Shown: positions 46,129-57,232, counted from the stretch's first letter. The stretch: 64,000 bases of DNA from an uncultured Gammaproteobacteria bacterium (GCA_963763115.1 CAVXNM010000027.1:70703-134702); one strand, 5' to 3'. Notes: generated by a model not told the origin, from the sequence alone. Numbers and translations are program-made.

Positions 46129-47508
46129 ATGAACTATATCGCCGGTTTCCGCAATTCCCGCTACGGAAAGCTGCTGTTACTGCTGCTGTGCCTGGCCCCG
46201 TTCTGGGCGCCGGCGGCGGGAGTACACAGCGTCGTGGTGCTCGACGTGAAGGGCGCCATCGGACCGGCAACCAGTGACTACATTCATCGTGGCATCGAGC
46301 AGGCCGTCTCACGAAACGCGGTGCTGGTTATCCTGCGCATGGATACACCGGGTGGTCTCGACAGCGCCATGCGCGAGATCATTCAGGATATCCTCGTCTC
46401 GTCCGTTCCGGTGGTTAGCTATGTTTCTCCGAGCGGCGCCCGAGCGGCCAGTGCGGGAACCTATATCCTCTATGCCAGCCAGGTGGCGGCGATGGCGCCC
46501 GGTACGAATCTCGGCGCGGCCACGCCGGTGGAAATCGGCGGCATAGGACCGGATCTTCCGGGTGACAAGGGCAAGGATGACGAGGGATCCGGCAAGGGCG
46601 GCGGTGGCGACAATCAGGATGCCATGAAACGCAAACAGGTCAATGATGCCGCCGCCTATATTCGCAGCCTGGCCAAGCTGCGTGGCCGCAACGCCGACTG
46701 GGCCGAACTCGCCGTGCGCGAGGCCGCCAGCCTGCCCGCCGACGAGGCGCTCGAGAAGGGAGTTATCGACTTGGTGGCTACCGACATGGATGATCTGCTG
46801 CAGCAGTTGCAGGGACGCACCGTCACCGTGCTGGGGACATCCCGGGTGCTGGACACGGCCGGCGTGCAGATCGAAACCATAGCGCCGGACTGGCGCAGCC
46901 GGCTGCTCGCCGTGATCACGGATCCGAATGTGGCCTATGTGCTGATGCTGATCGGCATCTACGGTCTGTTTTTCGAATTCGCCAACCCGGGCTATATCCT
47001 GCCGGGGGTGGCCGGCGCCATCAGTCTGGTCCTCGCGCTCTATGCCTTCCAGATCCTGCCTGTGAACTATGCCGGTCTCGCCCTGTTGTCGCTGGGTCTC
47101 ATGTTCATGCTGGCAGAGGCGTTCGTTCCCAGCTTCGGAGCCCTGGGTATCGGCGGCGTCATCGGGTTCGTGATCGGTTCGATCATTCTGTTCGATCAGG
47201 GGGAAGCGGGCTATGCCGTATCACTGCCGCTGATTCTGGCGCTTGCACTGTTAAGTGCCAGTTTCTTTCTGTTTGTCGTCGGGGCCGCTATCAAGGCCCG
47301 CAGGCGGCCGGTGGTGAGCGGCCGGGAGGAACTGCTGCAGGCACGCGGCGAGGTGCTGGACGACTTTGACGGCAGTGGGCGGATTCGCGTCCACGGAGAG
47401 GTCTGGCAGGCGGTGACGAAGGTGCCGCTCAGGCGCGGCGAAAAGGTACGGGTGCGCTCCGTCGAGGGTCTTGTGCTGAGCGTCGAACCGGAAACTGAGG
47501 AGAAATGA
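46129..47508 (+). CDS. NfeD-family membrane-bound ClpP-class serine protease
   Basis: Signal peptide, a ClpP-like domain '[40 protein letters not shown]', four TM helices and a C-terminal OB domain '[13 protein letters not shown]'. It directly precedes an SPFH gene. Confidence 0.9.
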   Translation: MNYIAGFRNSRYGKLLLLLLCLAPFWAPAAGVHSVVVLDVKGAIGPATSDYIHRGIEQAVSRNAVLVILRMDTPGGLDSAMREIIQDILVSSVPVVSYVSPSGARAASAGTYILYASQVAAMAPGTNLGAATPVEIGGIGPDLPGDKGKDDEGSGKGGGGDNQDAMKRKQVNDAAAYIRSLAKLRGRNADWAELAVREAASLPADEALEKGVIDLVATDMDDLLQQLQGRTVTVLGTSRVLDTAGVQIETIAPDWRSRLLAVITDPNVAYVLMLIGIYGLFFEFANPGYILPGVAGAISLVLALYAFQILPVNYAGLALLSLGLMFMLAEAFVPSFGALGIGGVIGFVIGSIILFDQGEAGYAVSLPLILALALLSASFFLFVVGAAIKARRRPVVSGREELLQARGEVLDDFDGSGRIRVHGEVWQAVTKVPLRRGEKVRVRSVEGLVLSVEPETEEK

Positions 47509-47509
47509 G

Positions 47510-48269
47510 ATGGCAATACCAGGCGTATTTGTCGGACTGATTATCTTTATCGCGTTAATGCTCTACACCTTTCGTATTCTCCGGGAATACGAACGCGGTG
47601 TCGTCTTCATGCTGGGACGGTTCTGGAAGGTCAAGGGTCCCGGTCTGATCATCATTATTCCGATTGTCCAGCAGATGGTGAGGGTCGATCTGCGCACGGT
47701 TGTCATGGATGTGCCCAGCCAGGACGTCATCTCGCGCGACAACGTCTCGGTCAAGGTCAATGCCGTACTCTATTTCCGCGTCATCGATCCCCGAGCGCGC
47801 CATCATCCAGGTCGAGGATTTCCTGGCCGCAACCAGTCAGCTCGCACAGACCACGCTGCGCTCCGTGCTCGGGCAGCACGATCTGGATGACATGCTGGCC
47901 GAGCGCGACAAGCTCAACGCCGATATCCAGTCGTTGCTGGACCAGCGGACCGACGCGTGGGGCATCAAGGTGGCGAATGTCGAGATCAAGCATGTCGATA
48001 TCGACGAAACCATGGTGCGCGCCATTGCCCGCCAGGCGGAGGCCGAGCGCGAACGGCGCGCCAAGATCATTCATGCCGAGGGTGAAATGCAGGCCTCCGA
48101 GAAACTCGTCGAGGCGGCGCGCATTCTCAACCAGCAGCCCCAGTCGCTGCAATTGCGCTACCTGCAGACACTGACGGAAATCGCAGGTGACAAAAACTCG
48201 ACCATCGTGTTTCCCCTACCGCTGGACAGCATTGGCCGCCTGTTCGATCGCCCCCGTAGCGAAGGCTGA
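47510..48269 (+). pseudogene. SPFH/stomatin-family (band 7) gene with a +1 frame disruption at a C4 run
   Basis: The track splits it into 47510..47890 and 47700..48269. Homology reads ...[10 protein letters not shown] (frame of 47510) then [27 protein letters not shown]... (frame of 47700). The junction is 'gat ccc c gag' with CCCC at 47789-47792, one extra C. Confidence 0.85.
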
Positions 48270-48274
48270 ACGGC

Positions 48275-49213
48275 TTGGCGGCCGGACAGCAGGATGCCGC
48301 CCCAACCGCGGCCAGCCATGATGACGCGGCGCGCCAGGCCATCGAACAGTTCCTCGACGCGCAATGGATGGAACGCGGGCTGAGCGAGAACACCCTGGCG
48401 GCCTATCGCAATGACCTCAACGGGCTTGCCGCCTGGCTGTTAGGACGCGGTGGCGGCCTAGTCGCGGCCCGCCGGGAGCATCTGCTAGATTACCTCTCGG
48501 AACGGGTGATCAACGGTGCCAGGCCGAGAACCACGGCGCGGCTGCTGTCCTCCCTGCGCCGTTTCTATCGTTATCTTGTCCGGGAGGGCCGGCTCACCGG
48601 CGATCCCACGGTGCGCATCGACACACCGCGCATCGGCCGACCCCTGCCGGATTCCCTGAGCGAGGAGGAGGTCGAAACACTGCTCGACGCGCCTGCTGTC
48701 GGCGAGACGCTGGGCCTGCGCGATCGTGCCATGCTGGAACTCCTGTATGCCTGCGGCCTGCGTGTCTCGGAACTGATCACTCTGACCATGGAGCAGGTCG
48801 ATCTCACCCAGGGGGTGGTGCGCCTGATGGGCAAGGGCAGCAAGGAACGTCTGGTGCCGCTGGGTGAAGAGGCGGCGGAGTGGCTGCAGCGCTATAGCGC
48901 TCAAAGCCGCCCGGAACTGGCCGCCGGGGCAAGCGCCAGAGCGCTGTTCATTACCCGCCGCGGCAAGGCCATGACCCGCCAGGCCTTCTGGTACCGGCTG
49001 CGCCACTATGCTGTAAAATCAGGGATTAACAAGAATTTGTCACCCCATACCCTGCGTCATGCCTTCGCCACGCACCTGCTCAATCACGGTGCGGACCTGC
49101 GTGTGGTGCAGATGCTGCTCGGTCATAGTGACCTGTCGACCACGCAGATATATACTCATGTGGCACGCGAGCGTTTGAAGGAACTGCATGCCCGGCATCA
49201 TCCGCGGGGTTGA
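48275..49213 (+). CDS. xerD: Tyrosine recombinase XerD
   Basis: 'IEQFLDAQWMERGLSENTLAAYRNDL', 'HTLRHAFATHLLNHGADLRVVQMLLGHSDLSTTQIYTHV'. The start codon is uncertain (TTG 48275). Confidence 0.92.
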   Translation: MAAGQQDAAPTAASHDDAARQAIEQFLDAQWMERGLSENTLAAYRNDLNGLAAWLLGRGGGLVAARREHLLDYLSERVINGARPRTTARLLSSLRRFYRYLVREGRLTGDPTVRIDTPRIGRPLPDSLSEEEVETLLDAPAVGETLGLRDRAMLELLYACGLRVSELITLTMEQVDLTQGVVRLMGKGSKERLVPLGEEAAEWLQRYSAQSRPELAAGASARALFITRRGKAMTRQAFWYRLRHYAVKSGINKNLSPHTLRHAFATHLLNHGADLRVVQMLLGHSDLSTTQIYTHVARERLKELHARHHPRG

Positions 49214-49322
49214 GCTGATCCTTTCCCCTGCCAGTGCAACGCGTGCCGAAGCACGACATGAAACTTCTCCCCGCGATCGGGTGTCGAAACACGATCGGAT
49301 CTGACGGAAATACAGGATTCCT

Positions 49323-50051
49323 ATGATGAATATACGATGGGTCAAGGCATGCCTGATGGCATTGCTGTTTGCGGTTATGAACACGGCGCTCGCCGGTCCC
49401 GGCAGTCATGAGGCGATCGAGGCCTCGCTCAGGAAAGTGCTGCCGGACATGAAAACAGACCAGATCCGGCCATCCCCGATCGAGGGGGTTTCCGAAGTGC
49501 AGGTCGGGCCACGCCTGTTTTACGTGACCAACGATGGCAGGTATCTGCTGCAGGGCAGCCTGATTGATCTGCATACCCGCCAGGATATCAGCGAGGAGCG
49601 CCGCAAGACCTTTCGCCTGGAAGCGGTCAACGACGTCGGCGAACAGAACATGATCATCTTTCCGGCAAAGGATCCGCGCCACACCATTACCGTGTTTACC
49701 GATGTGGACTGCACCTATTGCCGCAAGCTGCACAGGGAAATCAACCGCTACAACGACCTCGGTATTACGGTGCGTTACCTTCTCTACCCGCGTTCCGGTG
49801 CGAATACACCGTCTTACTACAAGGCGGTCACGGTCTGGTGCAGCGGGAATCGCCAGGATGCCCTGACCCGCGCCAAGGCGGGGGAAGATCTCAAGCGGCT
49901 TGATTGTCCCAACCCTGTTATGGATATGATGGATCTGGGCCAGGCAGTGGGACTGCAGGGTACGCCCGCAATCATTCTGGATGACGGCGAGATGGTGCCC
50001 GGCTATGTCCCGCCCGAAAAACTGGCCCAGGCGCTGGATGCGGCGAAGTAG
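49323..50051 (+). CDS. dsbC: Thiol:disulfide interchange protein DsbC
   Basis: Signal peptide, dimerisation domain, 'VFTDVDCTYCRKLH' (CxxC). Conserved xerD-dsbC pairing. Confidence 0.92.
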   Translation: MMNIRWVKACLMALLFAVMNTALAGPGSHEAIEASLRKVLPDMKTDQIRPSPIEGVSEVQVGPRLFYVTNDGRYLLQGSLIDLHTRQDISEERRKTFRLEAVNDVGEQNMIIFPAKDPRHTITVFTDVDCTYCRKLHREINRYNDLGITVRYLLYPRSGANTPSYYKAVTVWCSGNRQDALTRAKAGEDLKRLDCPNPVMDMMDLGQAVGLQGTPAIILDDGEMVPGYVPPEKLAQALDAAK

Positions 50052-50111
50052 TCAGACCTTGAGGAACAGATTACCCGGACAGCATACTTGACGGCGCGGT
50101 TGCCCGCGATT

Positions 50112-50990
50112 TCAGAGCATGGCCGATGACAGCTTGCGGCGGTAGGTCGTAACCAGCTCGTCTTCCTCACCCAGCAGTTCGAACACGGCCAGCAGCCCTT
50201 TGCGAGCGGCGTCATCATTGAATGAGCGGTCGTTCCTGATGATATACAGCAGTTCGTCCATGGCTTCCTGCAGCCTGTCGGCAAGTACGTAGCGCGCTGC
50301 CAGTCGATAGCGGGTCTGGCTGTCACCGGGCTGGTTACCGCGCTGTTGTTCGAGTTCCGCGATCGGCGCGGCATGCTCCGCGATCCGGGCGAAGTCCACC
50401 AGGGCGCGCAGTCTGCGGGCATCCGCTTCTTCCTGAACCGCCCAGGGAAGGGCTTCCAGCAAAGACTCCGCCTCGCCGAGGCGACCCGCATCGAGGTATA
50501 GCCCGATCAGTGAAAACTGCACACGGTTGTTCTCGGGATCGGCTTCCTGCGCGGTGCGCAGCATGGCCAGCGCCTCCTCCGTGCGGCCCTGCCGATGGGC
50601 ATCGAGCGCCGCGAGGCGAAGCTTGTCCGAATCGCGTTCGATGTAGGGATCGAGCAGGGCGCGCAGCGTCGCCTCGGTCTGGGCGCCGAGGATCTCCTCG
50701 ACCACCTCGCCGTCCCTGTACAGGCGCATGGTGGGCAGGCTGCGGATTCCGTGCTCCTGCGCAAGACGGCGTTCCGTGTCGGTGTTCACCTTGGCGAGCA
50801 GGAATTTCCCGGCGTATTCACCGATGAGTTTGACCAGCACCGGCATCTGCATGTGACAGGGCCCGCACCAGTCGGCCCAGAAATCGACCAGTACCGGCAC
50901 GGTGTGCGACGCCTCGATGACCTGGTTCTGGAAGGTATCCTGGGTGACGGTGTGGATGTAGGGGGAATCGGTCATGACTGTCTGTTGCAT
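50112..50990 (-). CDS. Thioredoxin-domain + TPR co-chaperone (YbbN/CnoX-like)
   Basis: 'VLVDFWADWCGPCHMQMPVL' followed by a helical TPR-like C-terminal half of about 170 aa. Confidence 0.85.
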   Translation of the reverse strand: MQQTVMTDSPYIHTVTQDTFQNQVIEASHTVPVLVDFWADWCGPCHMQMPVLVKLIGEYAGKFLLAKVNTDTERRLAQEHGIRSLPTMRLYRDGEVVEEILGAQTEATLRALLDPYIERDSDKLRLAALDAHRQGRTEEALAMLRTAQEADPENNRVQFSLIGLYLDAGRLGEAESLLEALPWAVQEEADARRLRALVDFARIAEHAAPIAELEQQRGNQPGDSQTRYRLAARYVLADRLQEAMDELLYIIRNDRSFNDDAARKGLLAVFELLGEEDELVTTYRRKLSSAML

Positions 50991-51039
50991 GTTGGTTGCG
51001 GATAACGGCGGATGGCCTGCGATCGAAAACCCGGCTTAC

Positions 51040-51363
51040 TCAGCGCTCCAGATACTGCAGCTTGTCCGGCACATCCTTCCATTCCTCAGAATCGGGTGGC
51101 GGGTCCTTTTTCTGGGTGATCACTGGCCATTGGCTGGCCAGTTCGGCATTGAGCGCGAGGAACTGTTCCTGGCCGGCGGGGAGGTCATCCTCGGCGTAGA
51201 TGGCATTGATCGGGCATTCCGGTTCACACAGGGTGCAATCGATGCATTCATCGGGGTCGATGACCAGGAAATTGGGACCTTCGTGGAAACAGTCGACCGG
51301 ACAGACTTCAACACAGTCCGTATATTTGCACTTGATGCAGCTTTCAACGACGACAAAGGTCAT
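51040..51363 (-). CDS. fdxA: 7Fe ferredoxin (3Fe-4S / 4Fe-4S), FdxA type
   Basis: [51 protein letters not shown]. Confidence 0.95.
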   Translation of the reverse strand: MTFVVVESCIKCKYTDCVEVCPVDCFHEGPNFLVIDPDECIDCTLCEPECPINAIYAEDDLPAGQEQFLALNAELASQWPVITQKKDPPPDSEEWKDVPDKLQYLER

Positions 51364-51607
51364 GAGGTTCTCCTAAATCCACAAATTTTCCGGTGATTCC
51401 GCCTCGACGAGATCGGTAACCAAGAATGTTAACAAAGCCGGCTGTTCGGCGGGTATCCCGAATCACCCGTTTCGCACCTGGATCGGGCGGTTGATCGGGG
51501 TGTGACGGGATTATATACCGGCACCCTCCGGGTTTTCTTCCCGTTGGTGTGCCCCGGGGGCGTAACCACACTCTTGATCAGTGTTCATCCATCGTAAACC
51601 GTGTTTT

Positions 51608-51706
51608 CACCGCAGAGACACAAAGGACGCAGAGAAATCCTGCAATAAAAACAATCAAACACTTTGCGGCTTTGCGGTGAATTTATTTCTTTAAGGCTGG
51701 GCACTA
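51608..51706. repeat. MITE-like element, family A, abutting the mutS stop codon
   Basis: 'caccgcagagacacaaaggacgcagagaaa' is inverted at 'ctttgcggctttgcggtga'. The tail 'atttatttctttaaggctgggcactaa' includes the mutS TAG at 51704-51706. Confidence 0.75.
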
Positions 51707-54280
51707 ACTGTTGAGTTTCTGTTGTGACAGTTCCTTCAGTGCATACAGCAGGTCATGGGCCTGCCGCGGCGTCAGGTCGTCCGGGTTGATACCCTCCAGG
51801 ACATCGACCAGCGGATGACGGATTGCGTCGAACAGTCCCGGCTGAACACCGGGTTGGTGATCCACGGCGGTCGTTTGTACGGCGGTTTCCAGTTCCTGCA
51901 GCCGCTGCCGCGCCTGCGCGATGACCGTCTGCGGCACGCCGGCCAGCGCCGCGACGTGCAAGCCGTAACTGCGATCCGCCGCACCGTCCTTGACAGCGTG
52001 CAGAAACACGATCCGGTCGTCATGCTCGATAGCATCGAGGTGCACATTGGCGATGCCCTCGTGCAGGTCCGGCAGCACCGTCAGTTCGAAATAATGCGTG
52101 GCGAACAGGGTGAAGGATCGCAGGCGGGTGGCCAGGTCCACCGCGCAGGCCCAAGCGAGCGACAGACCGTCGTAGGTGCTGGTGCCGCGCCCGATCTCGT
52201 CCATCAGCACCAGGCTGTGTTCGGTGGCGTTGTGCAGGATATTCGCCGTTTCGCTCATTTCGACCATGAAGGTGGAGCGGCCGCCGGCCAGATCGTCCGA
52301 GGCGCCGATGCGGGTGAAGATGCGGTCCACCGGACCGATGACGGTCGACTCCGCCGGGACATGGCAGCCGATATGCGCCAGCAGCACGATCAGTGCCGTC
52401 TGGCGCATGTAGGTGGATTTGCCGCCCATGTTGGGACCGGTGATGATGAGCATGCGCCGCCGTGGATTGAGCCGGACATCGTTCGCGATAAAAGGTTCGT
52501 CCAGCATTTGTTCAACCACCAGATGCCGGCCGCCCTCGATGGCAATCCCGGAGCGCTCGTCCAGGACCGGGCAAGCGAGGTTCAGCGTGAGGCTGCGTTC
52601 CGCGAACGTGGCCAGGGTATCGAGTTCGGCAAGCGCCTCGGCGCAGCGTCCCAGGGGTTCCAGGGAAGCGCCGAGGGTTTCCAGCAGGTCATTGTAAAGG
52701 GCCTTTTCCAGCGACAGAGCGCGTTCGCGCGCGCTCAGCACCCGATCTTCATGGGTCTTGAGTTCCGGCGTGATGTAACGCTCGACGCCCTTGAGTGTCT
52801 GTCGGCGCTGGTAGTCGAGCGGGACTCTGTCGGCCTGCGTGCGACTCACCTCGATGTAGTAGCCGTGCACCCGGTTGTAGCTGATCTTGAGATTGGCGAT
52901 GCCCGTGCGCTCCCGCTCGCGGGTCTCGAGATCGAGCAGGAACCGGTCGCCATGCTCACTCAGATCGCGCAATTCATCGAGCGTGGCATCATAACCCGCT
53001 GCCAGCACGCCGCCGTCACGAATCAGCACCGGCGGTGTCGCGATGATGGCGGTGGACAGCAGGTCGTGGACTTCGGGATGCAGGCCGATACGCTCCGTCA
53101 GCTCGCCGAGGAGGGGATCGGTACTGTCGTTGAGCGCGTCCTGCAGGGAGGGCAGCCGCCCCAGGCTGTCGCGCAGGGCGGCAAGGTCGCGAGGCCGGGC
53201 CGATTTTAGCGCCACCCGCGCCAGGATCCGTTCGATGTCGGCGATGCCGCGCAGGATGTCGTGCACGGCCTCGAACTGGCGGTTTTCCAGCAACTGTCCC
53301 AGACACTGATGGCGCCGGCGCAGCTCCGCGTGATCGCGCAGGGGGCGGTGCAGCCAGCGCCGCAGCTGCCGGCTGCCCATGCTGGTTGCCGAATGGTCGA
53401 GAACGGCCGCCAGCGTATGGCCGCTCGCCCCGGATACGGAATGTTCCAGTTCCAGGTTGCGCCGCGTGGCCGCATCCACCACCAGGGTGGCGCTGCGGTC
53501 CTCGACACGCAGGCCACGCAAGTGCGGCAGGGCGCTGCGCTGCGTGTTCTGCACGTACTGCAGCAGGCAGCCCGCGGCGCCGATGGCGCAGTCGAGGGCT
53601 TCACAGCCGAAGCCGCCGAGATCCCGGGTTCCGAACTGCTCATTCAGTTGCCGGCGTGCGCTGTCCGGGTCGAACAGCCAGGGCGCCTGCTGGCGCAGGC
53701 CGTTTCTGTCCTTCAGGGGCTCTGGCAGACGGATGGCCTCGTTGACGACGAGTTCGGCCGGCCGCAGCCGTTCCAGTTCATCCATCAGGGCTTCCTCGTC
53801 GCCGCTGAATTCCTGGACGCTGAAGCGCGCCCCGGCGAGGTCGAGCACCGCCAGTCCCCAGACCGCGCCCGACTGGTTCACCGCGACCATGAGATTGTCC
53901 TGGCGCTCGTTCAGCAGGGCCTCGTCCGTGAGCGTTCCCGGCGTCACGATCCGCACCACCCGGCGTTCCACAGGGCCCTTCGCGGCGCCGACCTCCCCGA
54001 CCTGCTCGCAGATGGCCACCGACTCGCCCTGACGCACCAGCCGCCCGAGATACTGTTCGGCGGCATGCACCGGCACCCCGGCCATGGGGATGGGTTCCCC
54101 GGCCGACTGCCCGCGCGAGGTCAGGGTGATGTCGAGCAGCCGGGCGGCGCGCCGGGCGTCGTCGTAGAACAGTTCGTAGAAATCCCCCATGCGGTAGAAC
54201 AGCAGGATGTCCGGATGCTCGGACTTGATGCCTAGGTACTGCTGCATCATGGGGGTGTGGCCGGGGGTGTTCTCGCTCAT
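51704..54280 (-). CDS. mutS: DNA mismatch repair protein MutS
   Basis: '[31 protein letters not shown]', Walker [10 protein letters not shown], '[16 protein letters not shown]'. 858 aa. Confidence 0.97.
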   Translation of the reverse strand: MSENTPGHTPMMQQYLGIKSEHPDILLFYRMGDFYELFYDDARRAARLLDITLTSRGQSAGEPIPMAGVPVHAAEQYLGRLVRQGESVAICEQVGEVGAAKGPVERRVVRIVTPGTLTDEALLNERQDNLMVAVNQSGAVWGLAVLDLAGARFSVQEFSGDEEALMDELERLRPAELVVNEAIRLPEPLKDRNGLRQQAPWLFDPDSARRQLNEQFGTRDLGGFGCEALDCAIGAAGCLLQYVQNTQRSALPHLRGLRVEDRSATLVVDAATRRNLELEHSVSGASGHTLAAVLDHSATSMGSRQLRRWLHRPLRDHAELRRRHQCLGQLLENRQFEAVHDILRGIADIERILARVALKSARPRDLAALRDSLGRLPSLQDALNDSTDPLLGELTERIGLHPEVHDLLSTAIIATPPVLIRDGGVLAAGYDATLDELRDLSEHGDRFLLDLETRERERTGIANLKISYNRVHGYYIEVSRTQADRVPLDYQRRQTLKGVERYITPELKTHEDRVLSARERALSLEKALYNDLLETLGASLEPLGRCAEALAELDTLATFAERSLTLNLACPVLDERSGIAIEGGRHLVVEQMLDEPFIANDVRLNPRRRMLIITGPNMGGKSTYMRQTALIVLLAHIGCHVPAESTVIGPVDRIFTRIGASDDLAGGRSTFMVEMSETANILHNATEHSLVLMDEIGRGTSTYDGLSLAWACAVDLATRLRSFTLFATHYFELTVLPDLHEGIANVHLDAIEHDDRIVFLHAVKDGAADRSYGLHVAALAGVPQTVIAQARQRLQELETAVQTTAVDHQPGVQPGLFDAIRHPLVDVLEGINPDDLTPRQAHDLLYALKELSQQKLNS

Positions 54281-54373
54281 GGCGCGTCAGTCTACCGCAT
54301 CAATGGATATTTGCGCAGTTTGACGCGGGGCCGGGAGTCTGGACAGAATGCAAGCCGGACATAAACATCGTTT

Positions 54374-54425
54374 AACCGCAGAGACGCAGAGAACGCAAAG
54401 AATTTCTTTATGGATGGGCACTAAG
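54374..54425. repeat. Truncated family A element upstream of mutS, same orientation as the 51608 copy
   Basis: 'aaccgcagagacgcagagaacgcaaag' is joined directly to the tail 'aatttctttatggatgggcactaag', about 24/27 identical to 51679-51706. Confidence 0.7.
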
Positions 54426-54477
54426 AGTATGTGCCATACATATCAGAACATCCGTAGCGGCTTCAGAAGGAGACACG

Positions 54478-54966
54478 ATGGACGCACTGGAAGAACTGGC
54501 CGGCAGGGTGGGTAGCCTGCTGCTCGAACAGGACCGCCTGCTTGCCACGGCCGAATCCTGCACCGGCGGCTGGGTGGCCAAGTGCATCACCGATATCGCC
54601 GGCAGCTCCGCCTGGTTCGACCGCGGTTTCGTGACCTACAGTAACCACGCCAAGCAGGACATGCTGGGTGTAACGGCGGCGACGCTGCAGGTTCACGGTG
54701 CAGTGAGCGAGGCCACCGTCAGCGAGATGGCGCGGGGGGCGCTCGCACACAGCGCGGCGGATATCGCCGTGGCCGTGAGCGGCATCGCGGGTCCCGGCGG
54801 CGGCGTTCCGGACAAGCCGGTCGGCACGGTATGTTTTGCCTGGCTCGTCTCGGGCGGTGCGCCGCGGGTGGAAACGCGGCAGTTTGACGGTGACCGGGAG
54901 GCAGTCCGACGCCAGTCGGTCGCCCGGGCGCTCGAGGGACTGGTGGATGTGCTCGGCGCCGGCTGA
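54478..54966 (+). CDS. pncC: Nicotinamide-nucleotide amidohydrolase PncC (CinA C-terminal domain)
   Basis: 'LATAESCTGGWVAKCITDIAGSSAWFDRGFVTYSN', 'AVAVSGIAGPGGG'. Confidence 0.92.
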   Translation: MDALEELAGRVGSLLLEQDRLLATAESCTGGWVAKCITDIAGSSAWFDRGFVTYSNHAKQDMLGVTAATLQVHGAVSEATVSEMARGALAHSAADIAVAVSGIAGPGGGVPDKPVGTVCFAWLVSGGAPRVETRQFDGDREAVRRQSVARALEGLVDVLGAG

Positions 54967-55486
54967 ACCGACCCGGCGGCTGTTCTTTGCGCTGTGGCCG
55001 GACGATGAGACCCGCGCGGCAATCGCCGACCTGGCCAGAGAGCAGATTCACCGTAAGGCCAGACGGGTCGCGGCGGATAATCTGCATATCACGCTGGCGT
55101 TTCCCGGTAACGTGACGGCCCGCGTGCAGGCGTGTCTGGAGGAGGCCGCCAGCGGCATCACCGGGGCGCCGTTCGAACTTGCCGTCGACCGGCTGGGTTA
55201 CTGGTCCGGGCCACGCATCATCTGGGCGGCGCCCGCACAAACCCCGCGCGAATTGTGGTCTCTGGTCACGTCCCTGCGCGAGGTCCTGGCGGCCTGCGGG
55301 CTGGAGCCGGAGAATCGTCCCTACCAGGCGCATATCTCCCTGGCGCGCAAGGCCAGCCAGGCGTTGGGCGTCACCCGGATTGCACCGATTCCCTGGTCAA
55401 TCAGACAATTCTGCCTGGTGGAGTCGGTCAGTGAACCGGCCGGTGTCAGATATCGGGTGCTTCGCATCTGGCCGCTAGAGGGCTAG
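54947..55486 (+). CDS. thpR: RNA 2',3'-cyclic phosphodiesterase / 2'-5' RNA ligase ThpR (2H family)
   Basis: Two HxT/S motifs, 'LHITLAF' and 'AHISLAR', plus 'RLFFALWPD'. ATG 54947 overlaps pncC by 20 nt (the track ORF starts at 54836). Confidence 0.85.
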   Translation: MCSAPAEPTRRLFFALWPDDETRAAIADLAREQIHRKARRVAADNLHITLAFPGNVTARVQACLEEAASGITGAPFELAVDRLGYWSGPRIIWAAPAQTPRELWSLVTSLREVLAACGLEPENRPYQAHISLARKASQALGVTRIAPIPWSIRQFCLVESVSEPAGVRYRVLRIWPLEG

Positions 55487-55574
55487 TACCTTCTGTGGGA
55501 TAATCCCTGCCTCATCGAATACGCGGGTGGCCGACAGGGACGGCCAGGCCACGAACCACCGTTGGAGGAGCCAA

Positions 55575-56609
55575 ATGGAAGAGAACAAACGCAAGGCCTT
55601 GAGTGCGGCGCTGAGCCAGATCGAGAAGCAGTTCGGCAAGGGCGCCGTCATGCGCATGGGGGATGTCCCCGCCGTGAGTGACGTCGATGTCATTTCGACC
55701 GGATCGCTGGGACTGGATCTGGCGCTGGGCATCGGCGGATTGCCGCGCGGTCGCGTCATCGAGATCTACGGCCCGGAATCCTCCGGCAAGACCACGCTGA
55801 CCCTGCAGGTCATCGCCGAGGCACAGAAGACGGGGGGCACGGCGGCGTTCGTCGATGCCGAGCACGCCCTCGATCCCCTCTATGCACGGAAGCTCGGCGT
55901 CAACGTCGACGAACTGCTGGTTTCCCAGCCCGACACCGGCGAGCAGGCGCTCGAGATTACCGACATGCTGGTGCGCTCCGGCTCGGTGGACGTCGTGGTC
56001 GTCGACTCCGTGGCGGCGCTCACGCCCAAGGCCGAGATCGAGGGCGACATGGGCGATTCCCATATGGGGCTGCAGGCGCGTCTCATGTCGCAGGCGCTGC
56101 GCAAGCTCACCGCCAACATCAAGCGCTCGAACACCATGGTGATCTTCATCAACCAGATCCGCATGAAGATCGGCGTCATGTTCGGCAACCCCGAAACCAC
56201 CACCGGCGGCAACGCCCTCAAGTTTTACGCCTCGGTGCGTCTCGATATCCGCCGCATCGGCGCGATCAAGAAGGGGGATGAAATCATCGGCAACGAGACC
56301 CGGGTCAAGGTGGTCAAGAACAAGGTCGCGCCGCCCTTCAAGCAGGCGGAATTCCAGATTCTCTATGGCGAGGGGATCTCCCGCGAGGGCGAGATCATCG
56401 ACATGGGCGTCAGTCACGGCTATGTCGATAAATCCGGCGCCTGGTACAGCTACAACGGCGAGCGCATCGGGCAGGGCAAGGACAATGTGCGCGAGTTCCT
56501 GAGACAGAACCGCGACATCGCCGCCGCGATCGAGGAACGGATACGCACCGAGGTGCTGGGCAGGATTCCTGCCACGGTGGCCGAGGAGGAAGCCGAAGCT
56601 GAAGCCTGA
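55575..56609 (+). CDS. recA: Recombinase RecA
   Basis: [30 protein letters not shown], Walker [20 protein letters not shown] upstream. Confidence 0.98.
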   Translation: MEENKRKALSAALSQIEKQFGKGAVMRMGDVPAVSDVDVISTGSLGLDLALGIGGLPRGRVIEIYGPESSGKTTLTLQVIAEAQKTGGTAAFVDAEHALDPLYARKLGVNVDELLVSQPDTGEQALEITDMLVRSGSVDVVVVDSVAALTPKAEIEGDMGDSHMGLQARLMSQALRKLTANIKRSNTMVIFINQIRMKIGVMFGNPETTTGGNALKFYASVRLDIRRIGAIKKGDEIIGNETRVKVVKNKVAPPFKQAEFQILYGEGISREGEIIDMGVSHGYVDKSGAWYSYNGERIGQGKDNVREFLRQNRDIAAAIEERIRTEVLGRIPATVAEEEAEAEA

Positions 56610-56614
56610 ACGGG

Positions 56615-57061
56615 ATGATGACACCGTTCAGGCGAGATCGACGGCGCTGGACCTGCTGGCGCGCCGCGAGCACAGCGAACAGGAACTGACGCGCAAACTG
56701 TCGACCCGCGGCTACACGGACGAGGTCGTCGAGGCAACCGTCGACGCGCTGGTTGCAGCAGGGCCTGCTCAGCAATGCCCGCTATGCCGAGTCGTTCATC
56801 CATTCCCGCTTCCAGCGCGGCCAGGGGCCGCAAAAGATCAGGGCGGAACTGCGCGAGCGCGGCGTCGATGATGCCCTGATCGAGGCCGGTCTGGAACTCT
56901 ATGCCCCGCACTGGCAGCAACTGATCGAGCAGGTACGGCAGAAAAGGTTCGGTCAGGCACGCCCCGACGATTTCAGGGAACGCACCCGCCAGATGCGCTT
57001 TCTCATGCAGCGCGGTTTCACTGCGGAACAGATTGACGCGCTGTTCCGCGGTCGCGACTGA
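56615..57061 (+). pseudogene. recX: recX (RecA regulator) with a disrupted reading frame: homology runs through two frames and no canonical start codon is in the N-terminal frame
   Basis: The frame with codon starts at 3n+1 gives ...ARSTALDLLARREHSEQELTRKLSTRGYTDEVVEATVDAL (56632-56751). The 3n+2 frame (track ORF 56753..57061) continues LQQGLLSNARYAESFIHSRFQRGQGPQKIRAELRERG.... The junction 'ctg g ttg cag' has one nucleotide too many. The only ATGs after recA (56615 and 56618) are in the 3n+2 frame and meet a stop after 24 codons. Confidence 0.7.
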
Positions 57062-57160
57062 AGCGCTTAATCCTCTGACCCAGTCACAGGGTAACAGCGC
57101 GGTCTCCGGGTCGCGCCTGCAGGGAATGTCACTTAACTTAAGAACCAAACCCTAATAAAT

Positions 57161-57232
57161 AGCCACGGAAACACACGGAAAGCACGGAAAAAAAGCGCTT
57201 ATATTCCGTGTTTTTCCGTGTGCTTCCGTGGC
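57161..57232. repeat. Short family B MITE (hairpin form)
   Basis: 'agccacggaaacacacggaaagcacggaaaaaaa gcgcttat attccgtgtttttccgtgtgcttccgtggc'. Confidence 0.8.

Noticed and set aside
47780-47800. Programmed ribosomal frameshift in the SPFH gene
   Set aside because: There is no X XXY YYZ slippery heptamer, no downstream stimulatory hairpin or pseudoknot that I can see, and no precedent in this family. A homopolymer indel is the simpler explanation.
51755-54235. Plus-strand ORFs 51755..53209, 53261..54235 and 53379..54032
   Set aside because: They are antisense to mutS.
55487-55574. LexA/SOS box upstream of recA ('ctgtgggataatccctg')
   Set aside because: It is not a true palindrome and matches neither CTGT-N8-ACAG nor the Xanthomonad-type box. 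I cannot support it.
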